This document shows, piece after piece, positions 19,106 to 27,479 of a stretch of DNA of 45,478 nt (positions are counted from its first letter, which is position 1; every line of letters begins with the position of its first letter). This DNA comes from a virus (lineage: Duplodnaviria; Caudoviricetes). The stretch lies in the IMG/VR virus record IMGVR_UViG_3300021082_000050, positions 1 to 45,478 of that record. The stretch is one strand, 5' to 3'. A program made the translations under genes and the position numbers. The notes beneath the pieces are model-generated. The model searched no databases, was not told where the DNA came from, and was given only the letters and a program-made list of their open reading frames with translations.

Positions 19106-19750
19106 TCAAAATACCCGATGCCGCTCGCCTTGGGCGCGGGCGGCGGCGAATGCGGCGTGCGCCACCTCCGCTTGCCTACGGCAAATTGTGTGGGGAACGT
19201 TGAGTGGATTCTCGTTTTGATTTCGGCAGGCGCAGCTGCCATGTACACGAACGCATTCGTCAGTAGTAATGCGTTCGGCAAAGTCGCGTGCAGCTTCCTG
19301 ATCCTCCCCCGCGCCCGTGGTCCAGCGGAGACGGGTGACATCTTCTCTTGCCCATTCATAGGCGTATTCGTTAGCAAGTTCTCTCAGCCGCGCAACCTCC
19401 GCCTTGGACGCGTCGAGTTCGTTGCAGAGAACACGAAGCCGCCCTTCTATATGACGAACCTCCGCCTGGGATGCGGCGAGGGCGGATTGTGTTTCGCGTA
19501 AGCAATCTTCGATGTGACAGCGATGGTTGCCATATTCGTCGTTCCAGGGTGCGTGGCATTGATTTGCCGCCAGTGCGAAATTCCGTTTCTCGCTCGCGGC
19601 GAGGGCGGATTGTAGAAAGTCACCCCGCGCCTCGCCCGGCTGCGGCGCGTCGGGGACGCAGCGCGGGCATGGGGCGTCCATGCTCGGCAGCACCATCGCG
19701 CAGCTCTGGCAGATCGGCTCCGACTCCTCGATCTCGGCATCGTCAGGCAT
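19106..19750 (-). CDS. Hypothetical protein with CxxC..CxxC zinc ribbon and coiled coil
   Basis: GGGGAG RBS before ATG at 19750. 'CQSC..CPRC' and a repeated 'QSALAAS' segment. Confidence 0.6.
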   Translation of the reverse strand: MPDDAEIEESEPICQSCAMVLPSMDAPCPRCVPDAPQPGEARGDFLQSALAASEKRNFALAANQCHAPWNDEYGNHRCHIEDCLRETQSALAASQAEVRHIEGRLRVLCNELDASKAEVARLRELANEYAYEWAREDVTRLRWTTGAGEDQEAARDFAERITTDECVRVHGSCACRNQNENPLNVPHTICRRQAEVAHAAFAAARAQGERHRVF

Positions 19751-19770
19751 CTTTCTCCCCTCTGTTGATC

Positions 19771-19974
19771 GAGCCACACCGCGCCATAGCCCGCCCCGCC
19801 ATTCCGAACCACGCCATACCCCGCCAAGCCGCGCCATACCGACGCCCGCCTGCCCGCACCTAGCCATTCCACGCCTCGCCGTGGCCAACCAGACCGCGCC
19901 GCACCCAACCGCGCCGGGCCTGTCCACTAGCCACAGCTTCCCAATTCCCCGCCGAGCCGCACCCGACCTACGCC
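19771..19974 (-). repeat. Array of 5-nt GGY-NN units; putative non-coding guide RNA
   Basis: 19925->19771 is 31 in-phase pentamers, 28 starting GG and 24 GGY. Five more units (19968->19944) start at the stop codon of the RAMP gene. Confidence 0.85.
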
Positions 19975-20639
19975 TGGCACACCCGATAAGAAACGACCGA
20001 AAATCGTCCGTATGTCGGCCGAAAATCGCCCAAACCGCCGATCCGGCCAGCCGTCGAGATGACCTCGTTCAGAACCTGCGGGCTGATGTACTCGGGCAGC
20101 GTGACGAGGATCAGGAATGTCGCGCGCCAGCCGACCTTCATGCCCGGCCGCGTTCTGTTGATGCCGCTGCGCTGAACCACGACCCTGCGCTTGTCCTCGA
20201 AGTCCCATACGGTAGCGGCCGCGCCATACCCTGCCTCGCCCCTGCTTACCGCGGAATATAATGGGGCGAGAGGCGTCAAAGACCCCACCCCGGCCTTGAA
20301 CAGGTCCATCGCCGACTTTCGTGGCGAGCGCGGGTCTTGTCGGAACTTGGCTGCGCCGACGATCGCGCCGCGCAGATATTCACCAGGAATACAAATCTCC
20401 CCATCCTCATTGCGATAAACATAACTTTCGAGGTTGTCGCTCTTTTTTGCGGCGCTTCCTTTGGCCGCCTTGGCCTTCTCGTCTACCGCCTCCGGGTTCC
20501 AGCGATGGAACAGGATGTCGGCGGAGCCCTCGATCACGACCTCGACGGTGAAGGGCTCGCTCATCGCGATGATGTCGTTCCCGCCATCATTCGGATCGGC
20601 CAGATGTATTACTTCTGCCATTACTTTTGCTTTAGCCAT
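19968..20639 (-). CDS. Solitary Cas7/Csm3-like RAMP-fold protein
   Basis: N-terminal beta strand 'VEVVIEG', 'ICIPGEYLRGAIVGAA', thumb-like 'RRVVVQRSGINRTRP' and C-terminal Gly-rich loop 'AGRIGGLGDFRPTYGRF'. Confidence 0.8.
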   Translation of the reverse strand: MAKAKVMAEVIHLADPNDGGNDIIAMSEPFTVEVVIEGSADILFHRWNPEAVDEKAKAAKGSAAKKSDNLESYVYRNEDGEICIPGEYLRGAIVGAAKFRQDPRSPRKSAMDLFKAGVGSLTPLAPLYSAVSRGEAGYGAAATVWDFEDKRRVVVQRSGINRTRPGMKVGWRATFLILVTLPEYISPQVLNEVISTAGRIGGLGDFRPTYGRFSVVSYRVCQA

Positions 20640-21151
20640 TAATCCTTCTCCTCGGTCTTTTTGGCGAAGTCAACGACCAGCTGGATGCTACTGCTGTCGC
20701 CCATGTTGGCCCGGGAGTTCCAGGCTCTCTGATTTATCAGGGTAAGCCATCCAATTTGGGGGCTGACGGCCTCTATGCCGGAATGGATCACCACCCCGGG
20801 ATTGGTCCGCAACGAGACGATCATTCGCTGAAACCGCACGCTGTATGGCGTGGCATTGCGCTCCCATGGGAGGCAGGTATCCGGCGGGATGATCTCCAGG
20901 CCGATCTTGCCGAAATCGATCCCACCGGTCGCGTCCCCAAGCCGCTTGATGCGCCCAAGGTAGGACCTGAGCTCGACCCACTTGCTGGTGTCGAAAAGCT
21001 GCCGGTACGCCGTATCGTCGTCCGGGTCATCGGCCCCGGCGCGCGGTCCCCGGATCGGCAGCAGGCCCTCCTTGAACAAGCCCATGCGTTTCGGCAGCGA
21101 GGCCGCCAGCTCGTGCGGGTCCAGGAATGCCAGGGCGAGGATGTTCGGCAC
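20639..21151 (-). CDS. Aspartyl/asparaginyl beta-hydroxylase-like cupin, metal ligands apparently lost
   Basis: GTG start. 'IIPPDTCLPWER..PYS..FQRMIVSLRTNPG...NSRANMG...IQLVVDF' follows the AspH double-stranded beta-helix pattern without HxD/H. Confidence 0.55.
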   Translation of the reverse strand: MPNILALAFLDPHELAASLPKRMGLFKEGLLPIRGPRAGADDPDDDTAYRQLFDTSKWVELRSYLGRIKRLGDATGGIDFGKIGLEIIPPDTCLPWERNATPYSVRFQRMIVSLRTNPGVVIHSGIEAVSPQIGWLTLINQRAWNSRANMGDSSSIQLVVDFAKKTEEKD

Positions 21152-21152
21152 G

Positions 21153-21569
21153 CTACGCCGCTCCCCCGGTCGTCGGCTGGCACAGCGGGCAGCGGCCGTT
21201 CAGTTGCGGCGCGTCGGGGTGTGTCGGGCATCGCAGCTGCTGCGCATCGGCCTGCGCATCGGCCCGCAGCTTGGCAGCCCAGGACGGAGCCGCTTGCTTG
21301 GTGGACGGATTGGAACTGACCAGCGAGACGACATCGCCCGTGGGCTTGCCGCTCTCGATCGAGCGCAGCGCCATGCGCAGCCACTCCGGCGTCACCTCCA
21401 GCGTGGCGATGCCGGTTGCGCTGCCCTCGTGCTGCCGCCCGGCGTCGATCCCGATCAAGGCGGCGGCCGACTCGATGTTCGGCGCGATGGCTACGGATAC
21501 CGCGATAGGGCCGGTATCGAAGGTCAGCGCCACGCAGTACGCCTTCAACTTTGTCTGATCGTCGCTCAT
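21153..21569 (-). CDS. Hypothetical protein with C-terminal Cys/His zinc finger
   Basis: AGGGAGGGAG RBS and 'CPTHPD...RCPLC'. Alternative start at 21710. Confidence 0.6.
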   Translation of the reverse strand: MSDDQTKLKAYCVALTFDTGPIAVSVAIAPNIESAAALIGIDAGRQHEGSATGIATLEVTPEWLRMALRSIESGKPTGDVVSLVSSNPSTKQAAPSWAAKLRADAQADAQQLRCPTHPDAPQLNGRCPLCQPTTGGAA

Positions 21570-21725
21570 GGCTCCCTCCCTAAGAACCAGCCCTCGACGG
21601 CATCTTGAATTGCCTCTGAAAGAGAGCGCAGGTCGGCGGCCGCCTCCGCTTCGGATGGCGCCCACGCCTTGTAAGACTCGCCCAAAAAATGCGCGGCAAG
21701 ATCCCCACATGCCGGATCGACTCCT

Positions 21726-22544
21726 TTAGCGGCCATCGAATGCCTCCAGACCGTCGCTGCCCGCCAGCTTGCGTCGGCGGCCGGCGGCGCGCACCCGCAG
21801 CATGTCCATGCTTTCCCGGTGCGCCACCGGGTCGTCGATCGAGGCTTCCGCCCCGATCCGGTCGAGGGAGAGGAAGGCGGGCCACTCCTCCAGCCGGGTC
21901 AGCATCTCGGTGTCCCCCTCGGCGTCGATCGCGGCGGCGATCTCCCGCCACCGCTTGGTGGCCTCAGCGGCGGCGCCGGATGGCGCTGGGGCGGCCTGTT
22001 GGCGGGCGGGGGCACTGCGGGCGCCATTCGCGCTCTGCGGCGCCGGGCGACCGCGTGAGGGGGCGTCCTCGCCCTGCGCCACTTCGTCGGCGTCCTTCTC
22101 TCCGGTCGGGATCTTGAAGATCTGCCGTAAAAATTGTTTCTCGACGTAACTCTGCGCCGCCCCGTAGCTCTGCGGGCCGGTGATCGGCATCGCCAGGCTG
22201 CGCCGCATCGACTGCGAGACGCTGCCGTCCTCGTGCATGAAAGCCAGGGTGTAGTTGGCGAACAGCCACGGGGTCCGGCGGAGGTTGCCTTGCCGGTCGG
22301 TCGTTTCCGAGACGCGCACGTCGGTCTCGGTCTCGTCGATCAGCAGCGCCAGCCCGGCGGCAGCCATCAGCGGGCCGATGCGTTCGTAGAACTTGTCGAC
22401 GCTGACATAGCGGTAGCCGCCGTGCTCGTTCTTCTCGTCGGAGCCCAGCTGCCGGACCTGCATCTTGACGGCGATGATCGCCTTGGCGATGGGTGCCGGC
22501 ATGGGCGCGCGAACTTCGCCGGTCGTCGGATCGTGGTCGCTCAT
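21726..22544 (-). CDS. erf: ERF-family ssDNA annealing protein
   Basis: 'KNEHGGYRYVSVD', 'FMHEDG', 'PQSYGAAQSY..K..L..IFKIPTGEKDAD'. Confidence 0.85.
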   Translation of the reverse strand: MSDHDPTTGEVRAPMPAPIAKAIIAVKMQVRQLGSDEKNEHGGYRYVSVDKFYERIGPLMAAAGLALLIDETETDVRVSETTDRQGNLRRTPWLFANYTLAFMHEDGSVSQSMRRSLAMPITGPQSYGAAQSYVEKQFLRQIFKIPTGEKDADEVAQGEDAPSRGRPAPQSANGARSAPARQQAAPAPSGAAAEATKRWREIAAAIDAEGDTEMLTRLEEWPAFLSLDRIGAEASIDDPVAHRESMDMLRVRAAGRRRKLAGSDGLEAFDGR

Positions 22545-22756
22545 TTGATTTTCCTATGAGGCTGGCTCTTCAACCACCTGTTGACGTACTGGCCCGGCGA
22601 GGTGGCTTCCAAAAGGTCCTGGTATGCGGCGTTGCCGGCGCTGGGGTAGGCGTAGGTCGAGCCGTCCTTGAACTCGACCAGCAACTCCTGGGCGTCGTCG
22701 TCCCAGCCGACTGCGGCCACATTGGAGCTACGAACTGGTGTCATTTCAGCCATCAT
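22541..22756 (-). CDS. KTSC domain protein
   Basis: 'VRSSNVAAVGWD...LLVEFKDGSTYAY...LLEATSPGQYVN'. Confidence 0.9.
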   Translation of the reverse strand: MMAEMTPVRSSNVAAVGWDDDAQELLVEFKDGSTYAYPSAGNAAYQDLLEATSPGQYVNRWLKSQPHRKIK

Positions 22757-22947
22757 TTCCTCTCCTCTGTCATGTCTTGTTGATACTGGAGCAGGCGCGC
22801 CCGGAGGGCCGCGAAAAGCTTGACGCAAAATTGGCAGCACCGCTCGGAGGGATCCATTGCCCGCCCCATACTCTCGCCGGCCTCCTGCGTCGCGATCTCC
22901 AACGCGAGGATCAGGGTCGAGACTTCTTCATCGTCGAGGTTCAGCAT
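22753..22947 (-). CDS. Hypothetical protein (64 aa)
   Basis: Overlaps both neighbours in the early operon. Confidence 0.55.
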   Translation of the reverse strand: MLNLDDEEVSTLILALEIATQEAGESMGRAMDPSERCCQFCVKLFAALRARLLQYQQDMTEERK

Positions 22948-23825
22948 TCCGGCTTCTCCAAAGCTATCGTTACGCCCCTTCCATCCCGCTTGTACTTGAC
23001 GAGGCCAAGCCGGCAGAGACCGACATCCTCGGGCACCAGTTCGGTCAGCTCCTTGCGGGTGATCGCGTGCAGCCTGGCGGCGCCTTCCGTCTCGGCGAAG
23101 ACGCGGGCGAGGCGGGTGAACTCCCCCGCCCAGTTCGGCCGCTCGCCGGCCGGGGTCAGGTCAAGGTTGATCTCGCGGCGCTTCGGCTGGGGCTTCGGCG
23201 GCGCGAGGGGGGCGATCTCGTCCTGCGGCTCGGTGTCATTCTGGACGTGCTGCCAGAACGCGCGTTCGCGAGACAGCAGCCGGGCACGGAACATCGGGTC
23301 TATTTCCTGCTCGACCCATTCCCACTTGCCGTTGCCGATGAAGACGGAGAGGCCCCACCAGTCGAACCCGAGGATCGTCGCGTTGTGGACGCCCTGCGGG
23401 GTGTGGCGCAGCAGGAATGCCTCGTCGGCGCGCCCGGTCCACTTTGCGTCCCAGTAGCAGGGGTCGCCGCGCGAGGTCGTCGAGATGCCGTCGAGGTGCG
23501 CTCCCATAAAAGGGTAGGCATCGCTGACCGCCCACTCGCCGCGCCGCTCGACGGCCCGGCCGGTCTGCCGCTCGTACCAGAACGCGTTCAGATCCTCCGT
23601 GGCGTGTCCCAGGAGCCGCGTCAGTTCCAGCCGCTCGCGGCTGAAGTGCCTCAGGACGTGATAGTCCAGGGTCGGCGACAGCTTGTCGTAGAGGTCCGGT
23701 TCCGGCATGCGGCCGGTCTTGACCTTCCACAGGTCGAGCCACTTGCCGGCCAGTACGTCGGCCGCGTCCGAACCGCAGATGTATTTTTTGCGGTACGCCA
23801 GCTGGTCGTCGGTGAGTCCGCTCAT
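22941..23825 (-). CDS. YqaJ-like / lambda-type exonuclease
   Basis: 'RKKYICGSDAA', 'LWKVKTGR', 'GHATED', 'MGAHLDG', 'WDAK', 'PQGVHN'. Next to ERF. Confidence 0.85.
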   Translation of the reverse strand: MSGLTDDQLAYRKKYICGSDAADVLAGKWLDLWKVKTGRMPEPDLYDKLSPTLDYHVLRHFSRERLELTRLLGHATEDLNAFWYERQTGRAVERRGEWAVSDAYPFMGAHLDGISTTSRGDPCYWDAKWTGRADEAFLLRHTPQGVHNATILGFDWWGLSVFIGNGKWEWVEQEIDPMFRARLLSRERAFWQHVQNDTEPQDEIAPLAPPKPQPKRREINLDLTPAGERPNWAGEFTRLARVFAETEGAARLHAITRKELTELVPEDVGLCRLGLVKYKRDGRGVTIALEKPEC

Positions 23826-24001
23826 GGCAGCTCCTCGCCTTTGCTGTATGCCTCGATGTCGGCCTGTGCCGATGCCAGCAATTCGCGCATCCGCGCCACG
23901 AAGGCCGGGAGGTCGTCGCCGGGGAATTTGCAGTAGATCAACCCCGTGATGATCGTGGCATCCGCGACCCCGAGGGCACGCGCGTGGCGTAGGTCCGTCA
24001 T
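23822..24001 (-). CDS. Hypothetical protein, first gene of the leftward early operon
   Basis: GGAG RBS. Stop overlaps the exonuclease ATG. Confidence 0.5.
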   Translation of the reverse strand: MTDLRHARALGVADATIITGLIYCKFPGDDLPAFVARMRELLASAQADIEAYSKGEELP

Positions 24002-24119
24002 GCTCCGCACTCCGCTTCGATCTGATCGAGAACAAAAATAAACAGGGAGCGGTGGGTGGCGGCCCGGTTGTCCTTTGTCGGTTGTCGTGGCCGCCATTCC
24101 TTTCCCGAAGAGTGCCGCC

Positions 24120-24186
24120 CTTGTATTCCTCGCCCGGCGAGGTTGTCAATACCCTATTGCGGAGAGGAAATTAAAATTGTTATGGT
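24120..24186. promoter_or_regulatory. Divergent promoter region with operator-like palindrome
   Basis: TTGACA on - strand (24149-24144). Palindrome CCTCGCC-C-GGCGAGG (24128-24142) in its spacer. AT-rich TTGCGG-N18-TATGGT on + strand. Confidence 0.55.
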
Positions 24187-24192
24187 GCCGGC

Positions 24193-24480
24193 ATGGAAAC
24201 CACTTTCGCCCGCTGGCTGCGCGAGAACGGCACGAGGCCCTACCTCTTTGCCAAGCAGCACACGGTCCACTACCGCGGCGTCTACCGCCTGGCGGGGATC
24301 AGGCTGCGCGAGGACCGGCAGCCGGGGCTCAACTTCACGCACGCCTTGCTGTTGGAGATCGAGCGGCTTACCGGCATCCCGGTCGCGACGCTGGTGGCGG
24401 ATGCCTGGGCGGCCAGGGCGGACCCGAGAGAGCCGCGCAAGTACCAGCGCAAGGGAGGGGCAAATGCCGCTGCCGAGTAA
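24193..24480 (+). CDS. Cro-like helix-turn-helix regulator
   Basis: 'FARWLRE...FAK....HYRGVYRL...LLEIERLTGIPVATL'. First gene right of the divergent promoter. Confidence 0.6.
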   Translation: METTFARWLRENGTRPYLFAKQHTVHYRGVYRLAGIRLREDRQPGLNFTHALLLEIERLTGIPVATLVADAWAARADPREPRKYQRKGGANAAAE

Positions 24481-24952
24481 GCGGACGGTGGAGATACTGC
24501 GCCGGGCGGCAGATGGCGGCATCCGCATCGCGGACCGGCGTCGCCCGGTCTACGGCGACGGGGCGGCGGTTCGCGACCAGTATGGCAACCCGCTGCCGGT
24601 GTCCTCGTTCTGCCTCTTCGTGCGGCGGGGCTGGCTGCTGCCGGGCGAGGATGTCGGCATGTGGCGGGCGCGCGACCTCGCCGAGGGGAAGGCTCCGGCG
24701 ATGGCAAAAGGGGAGGATGAGTTGGCCGGACAATCGCCGACACCGCAGCAGGTCGCGATCCTGCGCCGCATCGCCCAAACGAGACTGGTCGTCAGCTTTG
24801 TCGGTGGGCGCAAGACCTACGCCTATGCTGACGGGCCGGAGGTGCGGCGGCAGGATGCCGAGCGGCTGATCCGGCAGCGCTGGGTGGTGCCGGAGTCGCC
24901 GGGGCTGTTTCATGGCGAGGAGCCGCAGACCTACATCGCCCTGAAGCCGTGA
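24464..24952 (+). CDS. Hypothetical protein with two tandem winged-helix-like repeats
   Basis: GGAGGGG RBS. 'ILRRAA...YGDG...FVRRGWLLP' versus 'ILRRIA...YADG...LIRQRWVVP'. Confidence 0.55.
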   Translation: MPLPSKRTVEILRRAADGGIRIADRRRPVYGDGAAVRDQYGNPLPVSSFCLFVRRGWLLPGEDVGMWRARDLAEGKAPAMAKGEDELAGQSPTPQQVAILRRIAQTRLVVSFVGGRKTYAYADGPEVRRQDAERLIRQRWVVPESPGLFHGEEPQTYIALKP

Positions 24953-25299
24953 GCGGGCCGCTGATCCGCCTCGTGCTGCCGGTGCCGCCCTCGGCAAACG
25001 CGCTGTTCACGACCCGCGCCGGCAGCCGGCAGCGGATCAAGAGCGACACCTATCGGGCGTGGATCACCGAGGCCGGGTGGGAACTCGTCAGGCAGGGCGC
25101 CTCGCCCGTCATCGGGCCGATCCGGCTCGACATCGACCTGCCCTTCAACCGCAAGCGCGACATCGACAACGCGGTAAAGCCGATCGCCGATCTGCTGGGG
25201 CGGCACGCGGTGATAAAGGACGACCGCTACGTTGACGAGTACCGGGTGCGGCGGGTGCCGGTGGATGAGCCTCTGACCGTGAGCATCTGGCAGCTATGA
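24949..25299 (+). CDS. rusA: RusA-like Holliday junction resolvase
   Basis: 'LPVPPSANAL', 'RDIDNAVKPIADLL', 'IKDDRYV'. Confidence 0.9.
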   Translation: MSGPLIRLVLPVPPSANALFTTRAGSRQRIKSDTYRAWITEAGWELVRQGASPVIGPIRLDIDLPFNRKRDIDNAVKPIADLLGRHAVIKDDRYVDEYRVRRVPVDEPLTVSIWQL

Positions 25300-25646
25300 C
25301 CCCGTTCCAGCCCGGCAGCTTCGCTCATCTGGACGACGACGCATTGCGGCGGACGTTCCACGGACCCGACCCCGGGCTACCGCAGGACCACGCATTCCTG
25401 CCGGTCGCCACGGCACCCTCCGTCGAGGAAGAGCAATTGCGTGCCGTTCTGGGGGCGGCTCTGGCGGCGGCCGCGGATTATGCCGGGCACCCGCATCTGG
25501 CCGGGGCGGCCGAATTGCGGGACTACCTCGCGCGGGCGCTGGCGTGGCTCGGCGCCGAGCGGGCGGCAAGGGTCCGGCGGCCGACCGGGGAGGAGGAGGC
25601 CGAGACGGAGGCGGGTTCGTTGCGCGCCTGGTTGCAGGGGGAGTAG
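25296..25646 (+). CDS. Hypothetical protein
   Basis: ATGA-coupled to rusA. Confidence 0.5.
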   Translation: MTPFQPGSFAHLDDDALRRTFHGPDPGLPQDHAFLPVATAPSVEEEQLRAVLGAALAAAADYAGHPHLAGAAELRDYLARALAWLGAERAARVRRPTGEEEAETEAGSLRAWLQGE

Positions 25647-25685
25647 CGTTCCGGCCCGATAAGCATCGCATGGGGGGGCAGCGTC

Positions 25686-26543
25686 ATGTTGGGGGATAAC
25701 GTCACGCGGTTGCGTCCAGGCGGCCGCGACGACCCGGCCCTATTCGAGACGGTCAACCCGGCGTCATGGGACGGCAGGGAGGTGCCGCGCCGCGAATGGA
25801 TGGTGGAGGGGGTCGTCGCCCGAGGCAATGTGTGTCTGCTGGCGGGCGATGGGGGGCAGGGCAAGTCGCTCGTGGCGCAGCAGTTGTGTACCTCCGCGGT
25901 GATGGGGCGGCCATGGCTGGGGCTGTCGTGCCGCCCTGGCCGGGCGCTGTTCTTTTCCTGCGAGGACGACCGCGACGAAATGTGGCGGCGGCAGGCAGAC
26001 ATTTGCCGGGCGATGGGGTGCTCGCTGGGGGATGTGGGCGAGGCGGGACTGGAGTTGGCGCCGCGCGTCGGGTTCGACAACACGCTGTCCCGCCTGGACC
26101 GCAAGGAATGGCGCATGGTCGTCACCGGTCTCTTCGTGCGTCTCGCCGCCGCCTGCCGGGATCTCGGGGTCAACTACGTGGTGATCGACACCGCGACGCA
26201 GGCTTTCGGCGGCAACCAGAACGACGAGCAGCAGGTTGTACAGTTCTGCAATCAACTGCGCCGGCTGGCCATGGCGATTCAGGGCTGCGTCGTCATCACC
26301 AAGCACCCGAGTGTTGCCGGCCGGGCGCTCGGCACCGGCGAGTCGGGGTCGGTAAGCTGGAACAACAGCGTGCGCTCGCGGATGTACCTGCACCGCGACA
26401 AGGACGACAGAACCGTACTGAAATGCATGAAGAACAACTACGGCAGGATCGGCGAGACGATCCCGCTACGTTGGGAGCGAGGGGTTTTCCTGACCGATCG
26501 CGACGAGGGCGGACCCACCGGCTCATGGGGCTATCGGGACTGA
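25686..26543 (+). CDS. AAA_25 / RepA-like replicative helicase
   Basis: Walker A 'AGDGGQGKS', 'SCEDD', Walker B 'VVIDT', 'KHPS', 'SGSVSWNNSVRSR', 'KNNYG'. Confidence 0.85.
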   Translation: MLGDNVTRLRPGGRDDPALFETVNPASWDGREVPRREWMVEGVVARGNVCLLAGDGGQGKSLVAQQLCTSAVMGRPWLGLSCRPGRALFFSCEDDRDEMWRRQADICRAMGCSLGDVGEAGLELAPRVGFDNTLSRLDRKEWRMVVTGLFVRLAAACRDLGVNYVVIDTATQAFGGNQNDEQQVVQFCNQLRRLAMAIQGCVVITKHPSVAGRALGTGESGSVSWNNSVRSRMYLHRDKDDRTVLKCMKNNYGRIGETIPLRWERGVFLTDRDEGGPTGSWGYRD

Positions 26544-26562
26544 CGACGCCAGTCCTCGGGGT

Positions 26563-26973
26563 TTATGGAGACCACTTCTCTGCCCAAAGCCGCATGAGCC
26601 GGTAGCGTTCCTCCGGTGTCTTCCTGCCGTACAGCTCGTCGTTCAACCACATAATTTCCGCCGCCATGGCCGGTGCAATGCCTAGCATTGCACCAAGTTC
26701 GTGCGACTGGTAGTCGTCCTCCGGGTCGACATGGGCGAGATTGAGGCCTCTGGATTTGCCCACCGCACCCAGTGCGCAAACCTCACCGTCGGCCTCCAGC
26801 GCATCCGCGATAAGGCGCTTCGTCTCCAGCTTGTCCAGAGCCTCGCGCAGCTCGCGTATGAATGCCTGGCCGCGCTTGCCGCAGACCGCGCGATGAACGG
26901 CGCCACGCCAGCGGATCATCGCCCACATCGGGTTATCGCTCCCGTCATAGTCGCTGTAATTTGACCTACTCAT
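26563..26973 (-). CDS. Phage hypothetical protein
   Basis: 'WRGAV.RA..GKRGQAF..EL..ALD.L..KRLI...GEVCALG' looks like a recurrent phage family. ATGA-coupled. Confidence 0.7.
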   Translation of the reverse strand: MSRSNYSDYDGSDNPMWAMIRWRGAVHRAVCGKRGQAFIRELREALDKLETKRLIADALEADGEVCALGAVGKSRGLNLAHVDPEDDYQSHELGAMLGIAPAMAAEIMWLNDELYGRKTPEERYRLMRLWAEKWSP

Positions 26974-27479
26974 TGCCCGCGCCTCCAGTCCTCGGGGTTG
27001 CCGAAATTGCCGGTGCGCCATAACCCGACACGCTCCGCCTTCGCCGCCTCCTCCGCCTCAATGTACTGGTGCGAATAGCGTCGGTAGGCCAAAGCATACC
27101 CGGTGCCGACCATATGCGCCCCCAGATCGCGTACGGTTGATGTGGCGCACTGCGCCAGCGTGCGGCCGTGCCTGTCCAGCCCGGAGGGCTTACAGGTCAC
27201 GAGCTGGCCTCCTATGGCACGCTGGAGTGCGTCCTTTGCCGCGAGGCCGCAATGGATGACGCCGCACATTTGCCCCAACTCGGGCGCGTCTATGCCGCTC
27301 AACCTGATTCTCTGCTTCTGCCCGCCGTAGACGCTGGGCAGTATCTCCAGGATAATCCCGTCGATTACGCGCGCCTCGCCGGCGATCAGCGGCTGCGACA
27401 GCACTTCCGGGATGGCGAGGGCGGCAACCGTACCGCCCATAACCAGCCCCGCGAGGACCGCGGCGGCGCGGCCGCTCAT
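26970..27479 (-). CDS. Thermonuclease (SNase-like) with N-terminal TM/signal
   Basis: 'VIDG', 'IRLSGIDAPELGQ', 'DRHGRTLA', 'MVGTGYALAY', 'AKAERVGLW'. Confidence 0.9.
   Translation of the reverse strand: MSGRAAAVLAGLVMGGTVAALAIPEVLSQPLIAGEARVIDGIILEILPSVYGGQKQRIRLSGIDAPELGQMCGVIHCGLAAKDALQRAIGGQLVTCKPSGLDRHGRTLAQCATSTVRDLGAHMVGTGYALAYRRYSHQYIEAEEAAKAERVGLWRTGNFGNPEDWRRGQ

Noticed and set aside
19751-19927. N-terminal extension of ORF 19106..19927 (G/W/R/A-rich)
   Set aside because: It is just the translation of the 5-nt array. A good RBS and ATG lie at 19750.
19771-19974. Canonical CRISPR array or simple microsatellite
   Set aside because: There are no 23-50 nt repeats with spacers. Units differ at positions 4-5 rather than being slippage copies.
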